Virus record (IMG/VR): IMGVR_UViG_3300025168_015970
Coordinates: 1 to 64,000 of that record
Direction: 5' to 3' (one strand)
From: a virus
DNA: 64,000 bases
Shown piece after piece: positions 29,525 to 38,616 of this stretch. The notes beneath the pieces were generated by a model. That model searched no databases and was not told the DNA's origin. It saw only the letters and a list, made by a program, of their open reading frames with translations. Every line of letters starts with the position of its first letter. The stretch's first letter is position 1. The translations under genes and the position numbers were made by a program.

Positions 29525-30449
29525 CGGTAATAATTTACTTTACCGTATATTTTGGACTAGTAATTATAAACTTGAAGAATCTTCTTCCCCGGGAGAAGTT
29601 TTTCTGTTTTTACGTTCGTTAAAATCTTACGTTGATAAATTCCAACCAAAAAACGTTTACTGTACTTGGGATAAAAAACTCGAATGGCCTTCTACTAATT
29701 TCCGTAAAGAAGCAACCACTGTAGAATATAAAGCAGGTAGAGATGATGATAAGTTTAAAAATGTATTTAAATACGCAGAGAAGATACAAGAGCTTATTTC
29801 TTGCTTAGGGGTTCATAATATATACCCTCTTCGTATGGAAGCAGACGATCTAATGGCTTATTTAACTCATAAACTACCTGGTTTAAATATTGTTATTACA
29901 ACAGATAAAGACTTACTACAAACTGTTTCCAAGAATACTATTGTATATAATCCAATAAAAAAGAAAGAAGTAACTTTAAATAATTTTGAGGATTATACAG
30001 GAGTAAAAAAAGAATATTATATTTCGTTTAGAGCAATTACTGGGGATAAATCTGATAACATACCAGGTATACCTAGATATGGTATAAAGCGTTTTCTTAA
30101 ATTAGAGCATAAGCTAGTAGACCTTGAAGGAGAAGAGACAGCTCTAGTAAAAGGAGATGCTATAACAGAAGAGCAATTTGAAATATATAAGCGCAACTGG
30201 AAACTAATGGATCTTAAACAAGGCTATACTCATTATGAGGACGAGGTACCTGCCTACGAAGAACAATTAAAAGAAATAAAAGAAAATGATACAACTAACT
30301 TTACTACTTTTCTCAAACAAGCGAAAGAGTTAAATTTATGGTCTATAGTGAGAAACTATACCTCATGGAGAAATTCGTTCGATAACAACGAACATTTATT
30401 AAATACTATTAATAAGGCTATACAAAATGCATGTACCAACACAACCTAG
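29484..30449 (+). CDS. rnh: T4 RNase H / 5'-3' exonuclease (FEN-like)
   Basis: IIDGNN, YKAGR, EADD, TDKDLLQ and GDKSDNIPG motifs. Confidence 0.9.
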   Translation: MKTKTGGKRNLIIDGNNLLYRIFWTSNYKLEESSSPGEVFLFLRSLKSYVDKFQPKNVYCTWDKKLEWPSTNFRKEATTVEYKAGRDDDKFKNVFKYAEKIQELISCLGVHNIYPLRMEADDLMAYLTHKLPGLNIVITTDKDLLQTVSKNTIVYNPIKKKEVTLNNFEDYTGVKKEYYISFRAITGDKSDNIPGIPRYGIKRFLKLEHKLVDLEGEETALVKGDAITEEQFEIYKRNWKLMDLKQGYTHYEDEVPAYEEQLKEIKENDTTNFTTFLKQAKELNLWSIVRNYTSWRNSFDNNEHLLNTINKAIQNACTNTT

Positions 30450-30603
30450 AGCTATTGTAGCTCCATCAGGAGAAACTGCTAGACCTGTCATTAAAAATGT
30501 CAGAGTCGGAGACGAGATACGAGTGGAAGCTCATTATACTGACCCTAAAACTGGCCAGTTTATAACTAAGATTCCTGTATCTGTTACAAAAGTAGATGAT
30601 TAG
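30427..30603 (+). CDS. Small hypothetical protein (58 aa, MHVPTQPRAIVAPSGE...), not in the ORF track
   Basis: Bridges rnh and the primase with overlaps at both ends; ATG 30427, TAG 30601-30603. Confidence 0.6.
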   Translation: MHVPTQPRAIVAPSGETARPVIKNVRVGDEIRVEAHYTDPKTGQFITKIPVSVTKVDD

Positions 30604-31627
30604 CGAATTAGTACCTCAAGAGTACGTAGTAGAAAAGTTTTTTCAGTATGCAGGTTATCCTAAGTACAAGAAAATTACTAACGTATATGAAGGTGGGTGC
30701 CCTACGTGTAGAGAGGGCAAATCTTGGGGTAAGAAGCGCCGTTTATATTTTGTAGTAAAAGAGGATTATATTTTCTGTCATAATTGTGGTTGGTCTGGTT
30801 CACCAGTAAAATGGGTACAAGAAGTAACTGGGAAGAATTATGTAGAGATTGTTCAAGAATCTAAATCATTTAATTCCTTCACTGTTCCTCATTTTGAGAA
30901 AGAAAATGATTTAACTATAGCTGAGCCTCCTCCTTCTTTACCTGGAGATTGTATTAATTTATATGATAAAACTCAATGTAGTTTTTACGGTCATGAGACA
31001 ATGGTAAAGCATGCAATTAGTACATGTAAGACAAGACGACTATTTACTGCAATAAACAAACCTAAATCTCTATGGTTTTGTAGAAATGATTTTGTACATA
31101 AGAATAGAATAATAATACCATTCTATGAGGATAAAGATATTTTATTTTATCAGTCTCGTAAATTAGAAGAGAATAAAAAAGATACTAAGCCCAAATATCT
31201 ATCTAAGATTGGAGCAGATAAAACTGTTTTTAATTTTGATAATATACAAAATAAAGTAGAAAATATATTTATATTTGAAGGACCTATTGATAGTTTTTTT
31301 GTAGAGAATGGAGTAGCGGTAGGAGGTATAAGTAGAGGTAGGGCTCTTTTTACTAAAAGACAAGAAAAGCAAATATCTCAAAAACCGTTTCATAAAAGAA
31401 TATGGGTATTAGATAATCAATGGTGCGATACTACCGCTAAAGAAAAAACAAAGTCTTTATTAAGCCAAGGTGAGAAGTGTTTTATATGGCCTGAAGAATT
31501 TAAAACGTTTAAAGACTTTAATGATATATGTCAAAAAATAAACCGAGACTCAATTGAATCTCAGTTTATTGTAAAAAACAGTTATGATGAATTAAAAGGT
31601 AAACTCCTTCTGACTAAGATCACCTAA
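30596..31627 (+). CDS. gp61: DNA primase gp61
   Basis: CPTC..CHNCG zinc finger, RIIIPF, KYL, FEGPIDS, LDN and KDFND TOPRIM motifs. Confidence 0.93.
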   Translation: MISELVPQEYVVEKFFQYAGYPKYKKITNVYEGGCPTCREGKSWGKKRRLYFVVKEDYIFCHNCGWSGSPVKWVQEVTGKNYVEIVQESKSFNSFTVPHFEKENDLTIAEPPPSLPGDCINLYDKTQCSFYGHETMVKHAISTCKTRRLFTAINKPKSLWFCRNDFVHKNRIIIPFYEDKDILFYQSRKLEENKKDTKPKYLSKIGADKTVFNFDNIQNKVENIFIFEGPIDSFFVENGVAVGGISRGRALFTKRQEKQISQKPFHKRIWVLDNQWCDTTAKEKTKSLLSQGEKCFIWPEEFKTFKDFNDICQKINRDSIESQFIVKNSYDELKGKLLLTKIT

Positions 31628-31910
31628 ATACAATTAATTTCTTCGCATCAGCTGCAGTTGCGCATTTTACAGAAGCAAGCCGTATGTTATACGTACCAGC
31701 GGCAGTACTGGCTGGGAACTCTAAACCAGTTGTAAATGGAATCGTATGACCATATTCGTCTACTTCATCTTCCGTTGCCATGTAGGCGGTAACAACACCA
31801 GTCAGACTAGACGTAATAATGAGCCCATCATATATACCTAGATCAATTTTATCAGTAGAATTACCAGCGCTAGCTCTTTTTGCTTCTGTATGTGTGTTAC
31901 GTGTTAACAT
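31620..31910 (-). CDS. Hypothetical protein (possible virion decoration)
   Basis: Last gene of a late minus-strand trio; beta-rich, A/T/G-rich. Confidence 0.55.
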   Translation of the reverse strand: MLTRNTHTEAKRASAGNSTDKIDLGIYDGLIITSSLTGVVTAYMATEDEVDEYGHTIPFTTGLEFPASTAAGTYNIRLASVKCATAADAKKLIVFR

Positions 31911-31922
31911 GATATATTAGTA

Positions 31923-32213
31923 TTAATTATTAATTTTAAAATCACCCGGAATTGGTTTAGATCGATTAAATCCAAAACGAATACAATGTCTGTCCCAAGC
32001 TGCTTGTAAAGCTTCCTGATCTACTGAAGTACTTTTATTTGTATTTACCGGAGTACCAGCTTCAGCAGCAACTCGCTTCGCGAGAGCTTCTTTAGCAGCT
32101 TTCAATTCTTTTTCTTCCTCAAGAGCTTTTTGTTCTGCTTTAGCAGCTTCTGCAGATTCTTTCTCCACAATCGCTTCTAATTCCTTTGTTGTTTTTTTAG
32201 TTGAATCAGCCAT
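31923..32213 (-). CDS. Hypothetical charged coiled-coil protein
   Basis: TAAATA at 32223-32228 (minus). Confidence 0.6.
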   Translation of the reverse strand: MADSTKKTTKELEAIVEKESAEAAKAEQKALEEEKELKAAKEALAKRVAAEAGTPVNTNKSTSVDQEALQAAWDRHCIRFGFNRSKPIPGDFKINN

Positions 32214-32221
32214 AGTTATAA

Positions 32222-32614
32222 TTATTTATGTTTTTCTATATAAAGGTTCTTGAATATTTGATTAAGACTAGCAAGTCTTTCACAGACATCTAAAATTTCA
32301 CTTTTAGTAGCATCAGATACATCATCAAAGATTGTACCTGTTTTATTATCTGTTCGCAAATAACCTAAAACACTATCAGTACCACCATTCAAATACTCAA
32401 TGACTTCGTCAATGTTACCGACCCATTCTTGTAACTGCTCAAGTTCATGAGCCGTGTTAGGTTGATTGTCTTGTACATCTTCGAAGTCCTCAGCATTTTC
32501 TGGTTTATCTAAGCTTCCTGCGAAAGACTGGGCATCATCCTCAGGTCCCGCATCAATTGCTGGTACTTCATCTTCTTTTAATAAAGATAAAAATTTGTTT
32601 TTAAACTTTCCCAT
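32222..32614 (-). CDS. Acidic late protein, possible prohead core/internal protein
   Basis: MGKFKNKFLSLLKE N-terminus; late promoter. Confidence 0.6.
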   Translation of the reverse strand: MGKFKNKFLSLLKEDEVPAIDAGPEDDAQSFAGSLDKPENAEDFEDVQDNQPNTAHELEQLQEWVGNIDEVIEYLNGGTDSVLGYLRTDNKTGTIFDDVSDATKSEILDVCERLASLNQIFKNLYIEKHK

Positions 32615-32619
32615 GTAAG

Positions 32620-32632
32620 TATTTATTAAATA
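32620..32632. promoter_or_regulatory. Back-to-back late promoters (TATTTA T TAAATA)
   Basis: Inverted TAAATACTTA on both strands in the 21 nt gap between divergent genes. Confidence 0.65.
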
Positions 32633-32635
32633 CTT

Positions 32636-33004
32636 ATGATGAAAGGCATACTTTTCGAAGATTTATATATGTACACAAACAAGTACTGGAAGGACGTGAA
32701 GTCTAGACACGTTCGACCAACTACAAAAACTCTTGCTGACATCGCGAAAGCCAGTCCAGAAACCTACAATAAAGTAAAGGCTACCCTAGTACCGTTTCCA
32801 GGAGATCACGCGGTAGAACAATTAGGATCAGCGTTTAAGAGTATATCTGACGCTACCAATCTTTTAAATCAATTATTCGAAAACCCTACAGTTACTTCGG
32901 ATGAAAAAACTCAGGTATCTGTAAATAATAAGTTGCAAAAAATTCAGGATCTTATAAAATCGGTAGCTGACGATTTAGATCATGATGGCACAAATAATTC
33001 GTAG
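32636..33004 (+). CDS. Hypothetical late protein
   Basis: ORF; the second ATG (32639) fits the promoter spacing better. Confidence 0.6.
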   Translation: MMKGILFEDLYMYTNKYWKDVKSRHVRPTTKTLADIAKASPETYNKVKATLVPFPGDHAVEQLGSAFKSISDATNLLNQLFENPTVTSDEKTQVSVNNKLQKIQDLIKSVADDLDHDGTNNS

Positions 33005-33368
33005 TTTAATTTTCCTTATAGTAATTTCAAGTAGTATAGGAGGTATATATTATTTCTTTTACCCTACTATACCTTCTTTCATAAAAGCTACTATTTTAAC
33101 AGCAGCTTTACAAATAATATTTTTTATATTGTATAATAATATTCTTAGATATATAGCTCGCTTACAATTAGAAAAAGAAGCATTATTAGCTGCGCAATTA
33201 GCAGCTAAAAATACAGTACTTATAGAGTGTCAAGGTTGTAAAAAAGTGAATAATGTTGATATAGATCTATCAATAGAAAATGATTTTACGTGTACGTGTG
33301 GAGCAGAGAATAATGTACTAATTGATATAACTTCAATATTACCAACAAATATAATATATGACAAATAA
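32982..33368 (+). CDS. Two-TM membrane protein with a C-terminal zinc ribbon
   Basis: Two hydrophobic helices followed by CQGC..CTCG. Confidence 0.65.
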   Translation: MMAQIIRSLIFLIVISSSIGGIYYFFYPTIPSFIKATILTAALQIIFFILYNNILRYIARLQLEKEALLAAQLAAKNTVLIECQGCKKVNNVDIDLSIENDFTCTCGAENNVLIDITSILPTNIIYDK

Positions 33369-33597
33369 CACAACGACGGACTACTCACCACTCGCGAGGT
33401 GGTTATGCTTATATGAAGCAGTAAATATTATTTCTGAAAAAGCAGAAAAAATGGGACATAATAAGGATTGTTTAAAACCTATTCCTATAAACAAATATAT
33501 AAGTGAGAGGTTTCATTCAGTATTGAAGGATATAGAATACGAATATAAACAAGAACCAGAAACTATTAATAGTAGTCCCCGTATACATCATCGTTAG
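33358..33597 (+). CDS. Hypothetical protein
   Basis: Coupled ORF. Confidence 0.55.
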   Translation: MTNNTTTDYSPLARWLCLYEAVNIISEKAEKMGHNKDCLKPIPINKYISERFHSVLKDIEYEYKQEPETINSSPRIHHR

Positions 33598-34300
33598 AAC
33601 CATAATCAAAATATGATTCCTGTTCGGTATCTAAGTCATTTATATAATCAGTTTCAATAGCAGTTAAAGGACCAACACCTGAAGTATCTGAAACCATAGT
33701 AGACTTAGCTTCAGCGTCCATACCTGGTAAGAAGGTATGGTCGTTTCTTCTGGCTTTTAATTTAAATACATAGTGCCCTTGTAATGGATTTATTTCATTA
33801 ATCATCTCATCCATCCGTTCGGTGACTTCGAATATTTTACCGTTTTTACCGCCGGGTCGATCTATAGAACCATATTCAATTAATTGAAATGCATCTCCTG
33901 ATTTAGGCATGGCTGCAGATACAGAACCAAACGTTGATGATAAATTTTCTTGAAAAGTACTAATATCAATTACAGCATCTATTTCATCGTCTGACACGAG
34001 ACCATATTGAGAGTAAGTAAGAGAACCATCAGTCAAATTCATTAACATAACAAATGTAGCTTTTGGATGGTATCCTTGATGAGTATTTTCTCCGTATACT
34101 TTATCGGTTGCACTTAACTCAAAATTCCGGGAATAATAATCTATCTCAGTACCATATAAGCGGATTTGTTCTTTCCACCAAACTTTATATGTCTGATCTC
34201 TCTCATTAGTACCGTTTAATTTATAATTAAAACGAGTAGTATTTTCTGCATCCTCATAATACTTTATAGCACTAATAGTTGTTGTGAGAAAAGCTCCCAT
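33566..34300 (-). CDS. gp14: Neck protein gp14-like
   Basis: EQIRLYG..YYSR..VYGE, SQYGL..DE, PKSGD and IFEVT pattern of T4-like gp14. Confidence 0.7.
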   Translation of the reverse strand: MGAFLTTTISAIKYYEDAENTTRFNYKLNGTNERDQTYKVWWKEQIRLYGTEIDYYSRNFELSATDKVYGENTHQGYHPKATFVMLMNLTDGSLTYSQYGLVSDDEIDAVIDISTFQENLSSTFGSVSAAMPKSGDAFQLIEYGSIDRPGGKNGKIFEVTERMDEMINEINPLQGHYVFKLKARRNDHTFLPGMDAEAKSTMVSDTSGVGPLTAIETDYINDLDTEQESYFDYGSNDDVYGDYY

Positions 34301-34638
34301 TATTTTTTAATATAATATTTGTTATCAGCAATATAAAATGTTATACCAGTGTTACCTAAATTACGAGAACCTCTTTTTTCAAGGTCTGTAATTTTAAATA
34401 GTTCTTTTATTATTTGTACTTCTTTATCACTTAACAAAAACATCCCAGACTCCATTTTTTTAAGTTGTTTTAATTTATGTGGATAATTAGCTTCTGCTCT
34501 ATGAACATCTGGTAATAGGTTCATCTTACCCCCTTTTCGCCCTTGTAAACCAGTAGATCCTTTGAAACGTCTACTATTTAACACATTTTTTGTCTTATGA
34601 GGCTGTCTAAGAAGTTCTAGAAATATCTTTTTAAACAT
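34300..34638 (-). CDS. Basic hypothetical late protein
   Basis: TAAATA at 34645-34650, 6 nt from the ATG. Confidence 0.6.
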   Translation of the reverse strand: MFKKIFLELLRQPHKTKNVLNSRRFKGSTGLQGRKGGKMNLLPDVHRAEANYPHKLKQLKKMESGMFLLSDKEVQIIKELFKITDLEKRGSRNLGNTGITFYIADNKYYIKK

Positions 34639-34652
34639 TTTAATTATTTAAT

Positions 34653-34679
34653 AAAAAAAGCCCCCTGCAAGCAAGGGGC
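34653..34679 (-). terminator. Rho-independent terminator
   Basis: Minus strand GCCCCTTG-CTTG-CAGGGGGC followed by T7. Confidence 0.8.
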
Positions 34680-34707
34680 CCTTTAAAGGTATTGTTATAT
34701 TTATCGG

Positions 34708-35670
34708 TTACACTGCTTGCTTACCAGGCTTACCTGCGTTCTTAGCATGACCTGGCTTCTTACCTTCACCAGTATCTTTACCACCGTCGATTTCATCGGT
34801 AACAGGTTGCGAGCCATCACCAGAAGATTTTCCACCTAGACCATCTTCATGAGCTTTAGCAGTTATACCGCCACCATCAGATGGATCAACTCCAGGTTTA
34901 CTACCGTCTTTAGTGTGGGTTGTGTCTTCTTGAAAATTTTCATCTTCAGTATCAGCTAGTGGGTCTTCGTCTCCAACATCACCAGCTTCTTCTTCATCGT
35001 CACCTCCACCGAGTTGATCGATAATTGCTCTCAAGCAATCTGCTTGATCTGCTGTTAATGTAACTGTAACGTCTCCGCCTTCTTCTGAACCAGCGTCGTC
35101 GCCCATATCAAGACCGTCATCATCACCTGGGATACCAAGTTCAAAATCGTCGTCTTCTCCCATTACGCTCTCATAGAGCTTGTCAAATATTGATTTATCT
35201 TCCGACATAATATTACCTTTGTTAGAATTATTTATACTCTCCTTAGCCAATTTCTCCTCTTTCTTAGTCTTTTTTTCCTCTCCAGCATCTCCTGCTTCAA
35301 CAGGTTCCTGTAATTCTCCTTTAACATCTCCAACATCCTTACTAACATCATCAGCTTTTACTTCGTCTTTTGGGCGCTGGTCTGTAGCTTTTTCTTGAAT
35401 AACTCCTGTACCATTACACTTCGTACAGTCTTCTTCTCCATGCTTACCTGTACCATTACAGTGATCACATTTTACTTCTTCTGAAGTTTCTTTAGTATCT
35501 TTCTTTTTTAAAGCTTTTTTCGCCAAACTAACTGCAGCAGCTCTACCTACTGCTTTAGCTGCTCCAACACCAAGCGCTACTAATGGCGCTGCTTCATTTA
35601 CAGGCTCTTTAACGGCCTTTTGGGTAGCCGCATAGGCCTCATTAATAGAGAGTAAATCTTTATCGGTCAT
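34708..35670 (-). CDS. Acidic low-complexity late protein with a DnaJ-type CxxCxGxG zinc finger; probable prohead core/internal protein
   Basis: CDHCNGTG..CTKCNGTG, D/E/G-rich, INE/VNE/LYE sites, TATAAATA promoter and its own terminator. Confidence 0.6.
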   Translation of the reverse strand: MTDKDLLSINEAYAATQKAVKEPVNEAAPLVALGVGAAKAVGRAAAVSLAKKALKKKDTKETSEEVKCDHCNGTGKHGEEDCTKCNGTGVIQEKATDQRPKDEVKADDVSKDVGDVKGELQEPVEAGDAGEEKKTKKEEKLAKESINNSNKGNIMSEDKSIFDKLYESVMGEDDDFELGIPGDDDGLDMGDDAGSEEGGDVTVTLTADQADCLRAIIDQLGGGDDEEEAGDVGDEDPLADTEDENFQEDTTHTKDGSKPGVDPSDGGGITAKAHEDGLGGKSSGDGSQPVTDEIDGGKDTGEGKKPGHAKNAGKPGKQAV

Positions 35671-35671
35671 G

Positions 35672-35683
35672 TAAATATTTATA
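35672..35683. promoter_or_regulatory. Palindromic bidirectional late promoter TAAATATTTA
   Basis: 13 nt gap between divergent genes; TAAATA 6 nt before the terminase GTG and TATAAATA 5 nt before the minus-strand ATG. Confidence 0.7.
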
Positions 35684-37390
35684 GTGCCGAGGCAAAAAAA
35701 AGAAGATAAATTTTATTTAGGTAATAAAAACTTACCTAACGCTAATATGGAGTTCGAATGGACTCCTGAGATGGTAAAAGATCTCAAAAAAGCAAAACAA
35801 AATATTTTACACTTCGCTGAGAACTTTTTTTATATTGTAAATTTAGATCAAGGTAAAATAAAAATAGACTTATACCCTTGTCAGAAAAGAGTTTTACGTA
35901 GTTTAAGAGATAATAGATTTGTAGCTTGTCTTGCTTCAAGACAGACCGGTAAAACTACAATGATGACAATCTACGCTCTTTGGATCGCATGCTTTCAACA
36001 AGATCAACGTATATTAATTGTAGCTAACAAAGAACAAACTGCTATTAATATATTTTCAAGAATAAGAACTGCTTACGAAAAATTACCTAACTTCTTAAAA
36101 CCAGGAGTATTAGAATACGGCAAAACTTCTATGAAGTTAGCAAACGGTAGTAGTATTGGAATCAGTACTACGAGTTCGGACGCTGGTCGTGGTGAATCTG
36201 TTAATGTTTTAATTCTAGATGAGCTTGCGTTCATCCCTAATAATCTAGTTGATAGTTTTTGGAAATCTGTTTACCCTATTATTTCAAGTTCAAAAAAATC
36301 TAAAATATTCGTTGCTTCAACCCCTAATGGGAGTAATAATTTATTTTTTCATTTGTACACTGATGCTATTAACGGGAAGAGCAATTGGAGAGGTGAGAAA
36401 ATATTATGGGATGAAATTCCTGGGAGAGATGAAGAATGGAAACGAGATACTATACAGTCGATAGGTAGTACAGAAGCCTTTGCGCAAGAGTTTGAATGCA
36501 AGTTTCTTGATACTGGCGACTCTTTTATTGATGAATCGTTTTACGCCAAGCTAACAAGTGAGACAAAGGTACCAACTCATTTGTTTGATGATGGTTGTTA
36601 TAGTGTTTGGGATGAACCAAATAAAGAACATTTATATACTATAGGTGTTGATGTTGCAGAAGGAGTTCAACAAAATTATAGCGCTATACAAGTATTAGAT
36701 ATTACTGACTTACAAAACATAACTCAAGTAGCAGAGTATGCTAGCAATGAAATTAACCCATTTGAGTTTACTACTAAAGTAAGAGATATTTGTTATCATT
36801 GGGGAACCCCTCCTGTATGTATAGAAAGAAACAATTGTGGTGGTCAGGTTGTAGATAATTTATATCACCAATACAATTACAAAAATATTGTTAATTATTC
36901 CCCTAAAGTTGGTCAAGTTAAATATGACAGGCTTGGTATTTATGCTCATACTAATACAAAATATAAAGGTATTACTAATATGAGATACTGGGTAAATGAA
37001 CTTAAATGTGTTCATTTAAAATCTACAGCTGCAGTAGAAGAACTTAAGAATTTCGTAAGATATCCTAATGGTTCTTGGGCGGCCCAACCTGGGTTTGATT
37101 TTGATGACAGGGTTATGTCTTTAGTATGGGCCTTATTAATATTAGAAAATAGTGTAGTACAAAGATATTATAATGTATTAGAAATAGATGATAATCAACG
37201 ACCTGCAAAGTTAGAGTTAGGAGCATATATAGATCAAAAGTTTAGTAATTTTCTACAAGACTATAAAATGCAGAATATAGATGATTCATGGAATCCCGCG
37301 CCAGTTTACTTTGAAGACATAAATATTTTTGGCGACGGTGACCTAACTGATATGGATTTATTAGAACAAGAAGGGTATGTTAAATTATGA
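35684..37390 (+). CDS. gp17: Terminase large subunit gp17
   Basis: SRQTGKTT, LDELAF, STPNG, QEFEC, GVDVAEG, IERN and DDRVMSL motifs. Confidence 0.96.
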   Translation: MPRQKKEDKFYLGNKNLPNANMEFEWTPEMVKDLKKAKQNILHFAENFFYIVNLDQGKIKIDLYPCQKRVLRSLRDNRFVACLASRQTGKTTMMTIYALWIACFQQDQRILIVANKEQTAINIFSRIRTAYEKLPNFLKPGVLEYGKTSMKLANGSSIGISTTSSDAGRGESVNVLILDELAFIPNNLVDSFWKSVYPIISSSKKSKIFVASTPNGSNNLFFHLYTDAINGKSNWRGEKILWDEIPGRDEEWKRDTIQSIGSTEAFAQEFECKFLDTGDSFIDESFYAKLTSETKVPTHLFDDGCYSVWDEPNKEHLYTIGVDVAEGVQQNYSAIQVLDITDLQNITQVAEYASNEINPFEFTTKVRDICYHWGTPPVCIERNNCGGQVVDNLYHQYNYKNIVNYSPKVGQVKYDRLGIYAHTNTKYKGITNMRYWVNELKCVHLKSTAAVEELKNFVRYPNGSWAAQPGFDFDDRVMSLVWALLILENSVVQRYYNVLEIDDNQRPAKLELGAYIDQKFSNFLQDYKMQNIDDSWNPAPVYFEDINIFGDGDLTDMDLLEQEGYVKL

Positions 37391-37956
37391 ATCAAGCACC
37401 ACAGAATAAAAATAGACAAGATAAATTTATTTTAGTTTTAAATGTACCAGAAGGTATAAAAGAAATTACAGATAATGTAGATAGAAATACTAACCGTATA
37501 CATGCTAATAGTTTGGAAATTAGTATTGCAGGTACTGTGACTCCATCTATTAGTGTACCAGAACAAACCTTACCATATGGTGCGCAAAGTATTAAAATAA
37601 GTTCACATGCTCGCCCGGCTTATGGGTCATTAAATTTACAATTTAGAATTGATAACGAATATAAAAACTACTGGGCTATATTTAAATGGTTAGATGTAAT
37701 TAATGATGTAAAGACTGGTACTGTTAATGCAGATGAAATTATTGCCTACCAAAAACCAGGAACTGTGTTACCAATATATTCTTCCAATTTAACAGTTTAT
37801 GGTTTAGATGAATATGATAATAGAAAAATTCAATGGGATTATATTGGAGCATTTCCAACCCAATTGTCTGAAATACAATGGGACTATAATAGTGAATCTG
37901 AAATTGCAGCAACCGCTACGTTTGAATTTACAAGACTAGAATCTAAATTAATTTAA
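37387..37956 (+). CDS. Tail tube-fold protein (gp3 tail terminator-like)
   Basis: LQFRIDNEYKNYWAIFKWL..GAFPTQLS..ATFEF, as in T4-like gp3. Confidence 0.65.
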   Translation: MNQAPQNKNRQDKFILVLNVPEGIKEITDNVDRNTNRIHANSLEISIAGTVTPSISVPEQTLPYGAQSIKISSHARPAYGSLNLQFRIDNEYKNYWAIFKWLDVINDVKTGTVNADEIIAYQKPGTVLPIYSSNLTVYGLDEYDNRKIQWDYIGAFPTQLSEIQWDYNSESEIAATATFEFTRLESKLI

Positions 37957-38186
37957 TCTCCGTCCTTACCGATTGCTTCAACAGGACAATTTTCCATAGC
38001 TGTCACACAATCAGCATGTTGTTCATCATTTTCTGGTTGTTTGAAGACATATGAATATCCTTCTTCTTTTTGACGAGTAAAATTATTAGGAGCTTCTTCT
38101 CTACATAGATCGCAGTCTATACAGTCTTCATCTACGTAATATTGACCAGAAACATTTTCAGGGTGTTTAGCGTCTTTATCAGCCAT
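37953..38186 (-). CDS. Single-cluster [4Fe-4S]/[3Fe-4S] ferredoxin
   Basis: CIDCDLC...CPVEAI. Confidence 0.9.
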   Translation of the reverse strand: MADKDAKHPENVSGQYYVDEDCIDCDLCREEAPNNFTRQKEEGYSYVFKQPENDEQHADCVTAMENCPVEAIGKDGD

Positions 38187-38194
38187 AAGTGTAA

Positions 38195-38425
38195 TTACTT
38201 ATCTATTAAAAATTTATCCACAGTAAATTTGAAGGAGAAAAAACCACAGGCAAACAAACTCATAAAAATAAGAATATTAAACCAAGCTTGAGATTGTAAG
38301 CTATCAGGGTTTATATTAGTATTACCTGTAGCAGCCATAAAGATACCTATAACAAAACCAGTACCAAATAAACTGGCTATAACTAACACGATAAATAATG
38401 CATATGCTTTAATATATTCTTTCAT
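38195..38425 (-). CDS. Two-TM small membrane protein
   Basis: Two hydrophobic segments. Confidence 0.65.
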   Translation of the reverse strand: MKEYIKAYALFIVLVIASLFGTGFVIGIFMAATGNTNINPDSLQSQAWFNILIFMSLFACGFFSFKFTVDKFLIDK

Positions 38426-38436
38426 AATTTTTTAGG

Positions 38437-38526
38437 TTACACTAAGTACTTGGCTGCAAGCAAACAATTTAATATTACAACTCCTAATATAACGATACCC
38501 CATATAATTTTCTGTTTTTTACTCAT
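38437..38526 (-). CDS. Putative single-TM microprotein (29 aa, MSKKQKIIWGIVILGVVILNCLLAAKYLV)
   Basis: Manual translation; tiles the intergenic gap. Confidence 0.5.
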   Translation of the reverse strand: MSKKQKIIWGIVILGVVILNCLLAAKYLV

Positions 38527-38527
38527 A

Positions 38528-38608
38528 TTAATCTAGATACGCTATTAGTATCATAAAAACAACAATCGCTACTGCTTCTTTATACGTCAAGCAGATATGA
38601 TCGTTCAT
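38528..38608 (-). CDS. Putative single-TM microprotein (26 aa, MNDHICLTYKEAVAIVVFMILIAYLD)
   Basis: Manual translation; starts 8 nt after the rmlA stop and ends 1 nt before the next ATG. Confidence 0.45.
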   Translation of the reverse strand: MNDHICLTYKEAVAIVVFMILIAYLD

Positions 38609-38616
38609 ATTATTAC

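Noticed and set aside
15719-37390. Introns or inteins in gp43, uvsX, gp41 or gp17; alternative genetic code
   Set aside because: Proteins have normal lengths and contiguous motifs, and TAA, TAG and TGA all act as stops at tight gene junctions
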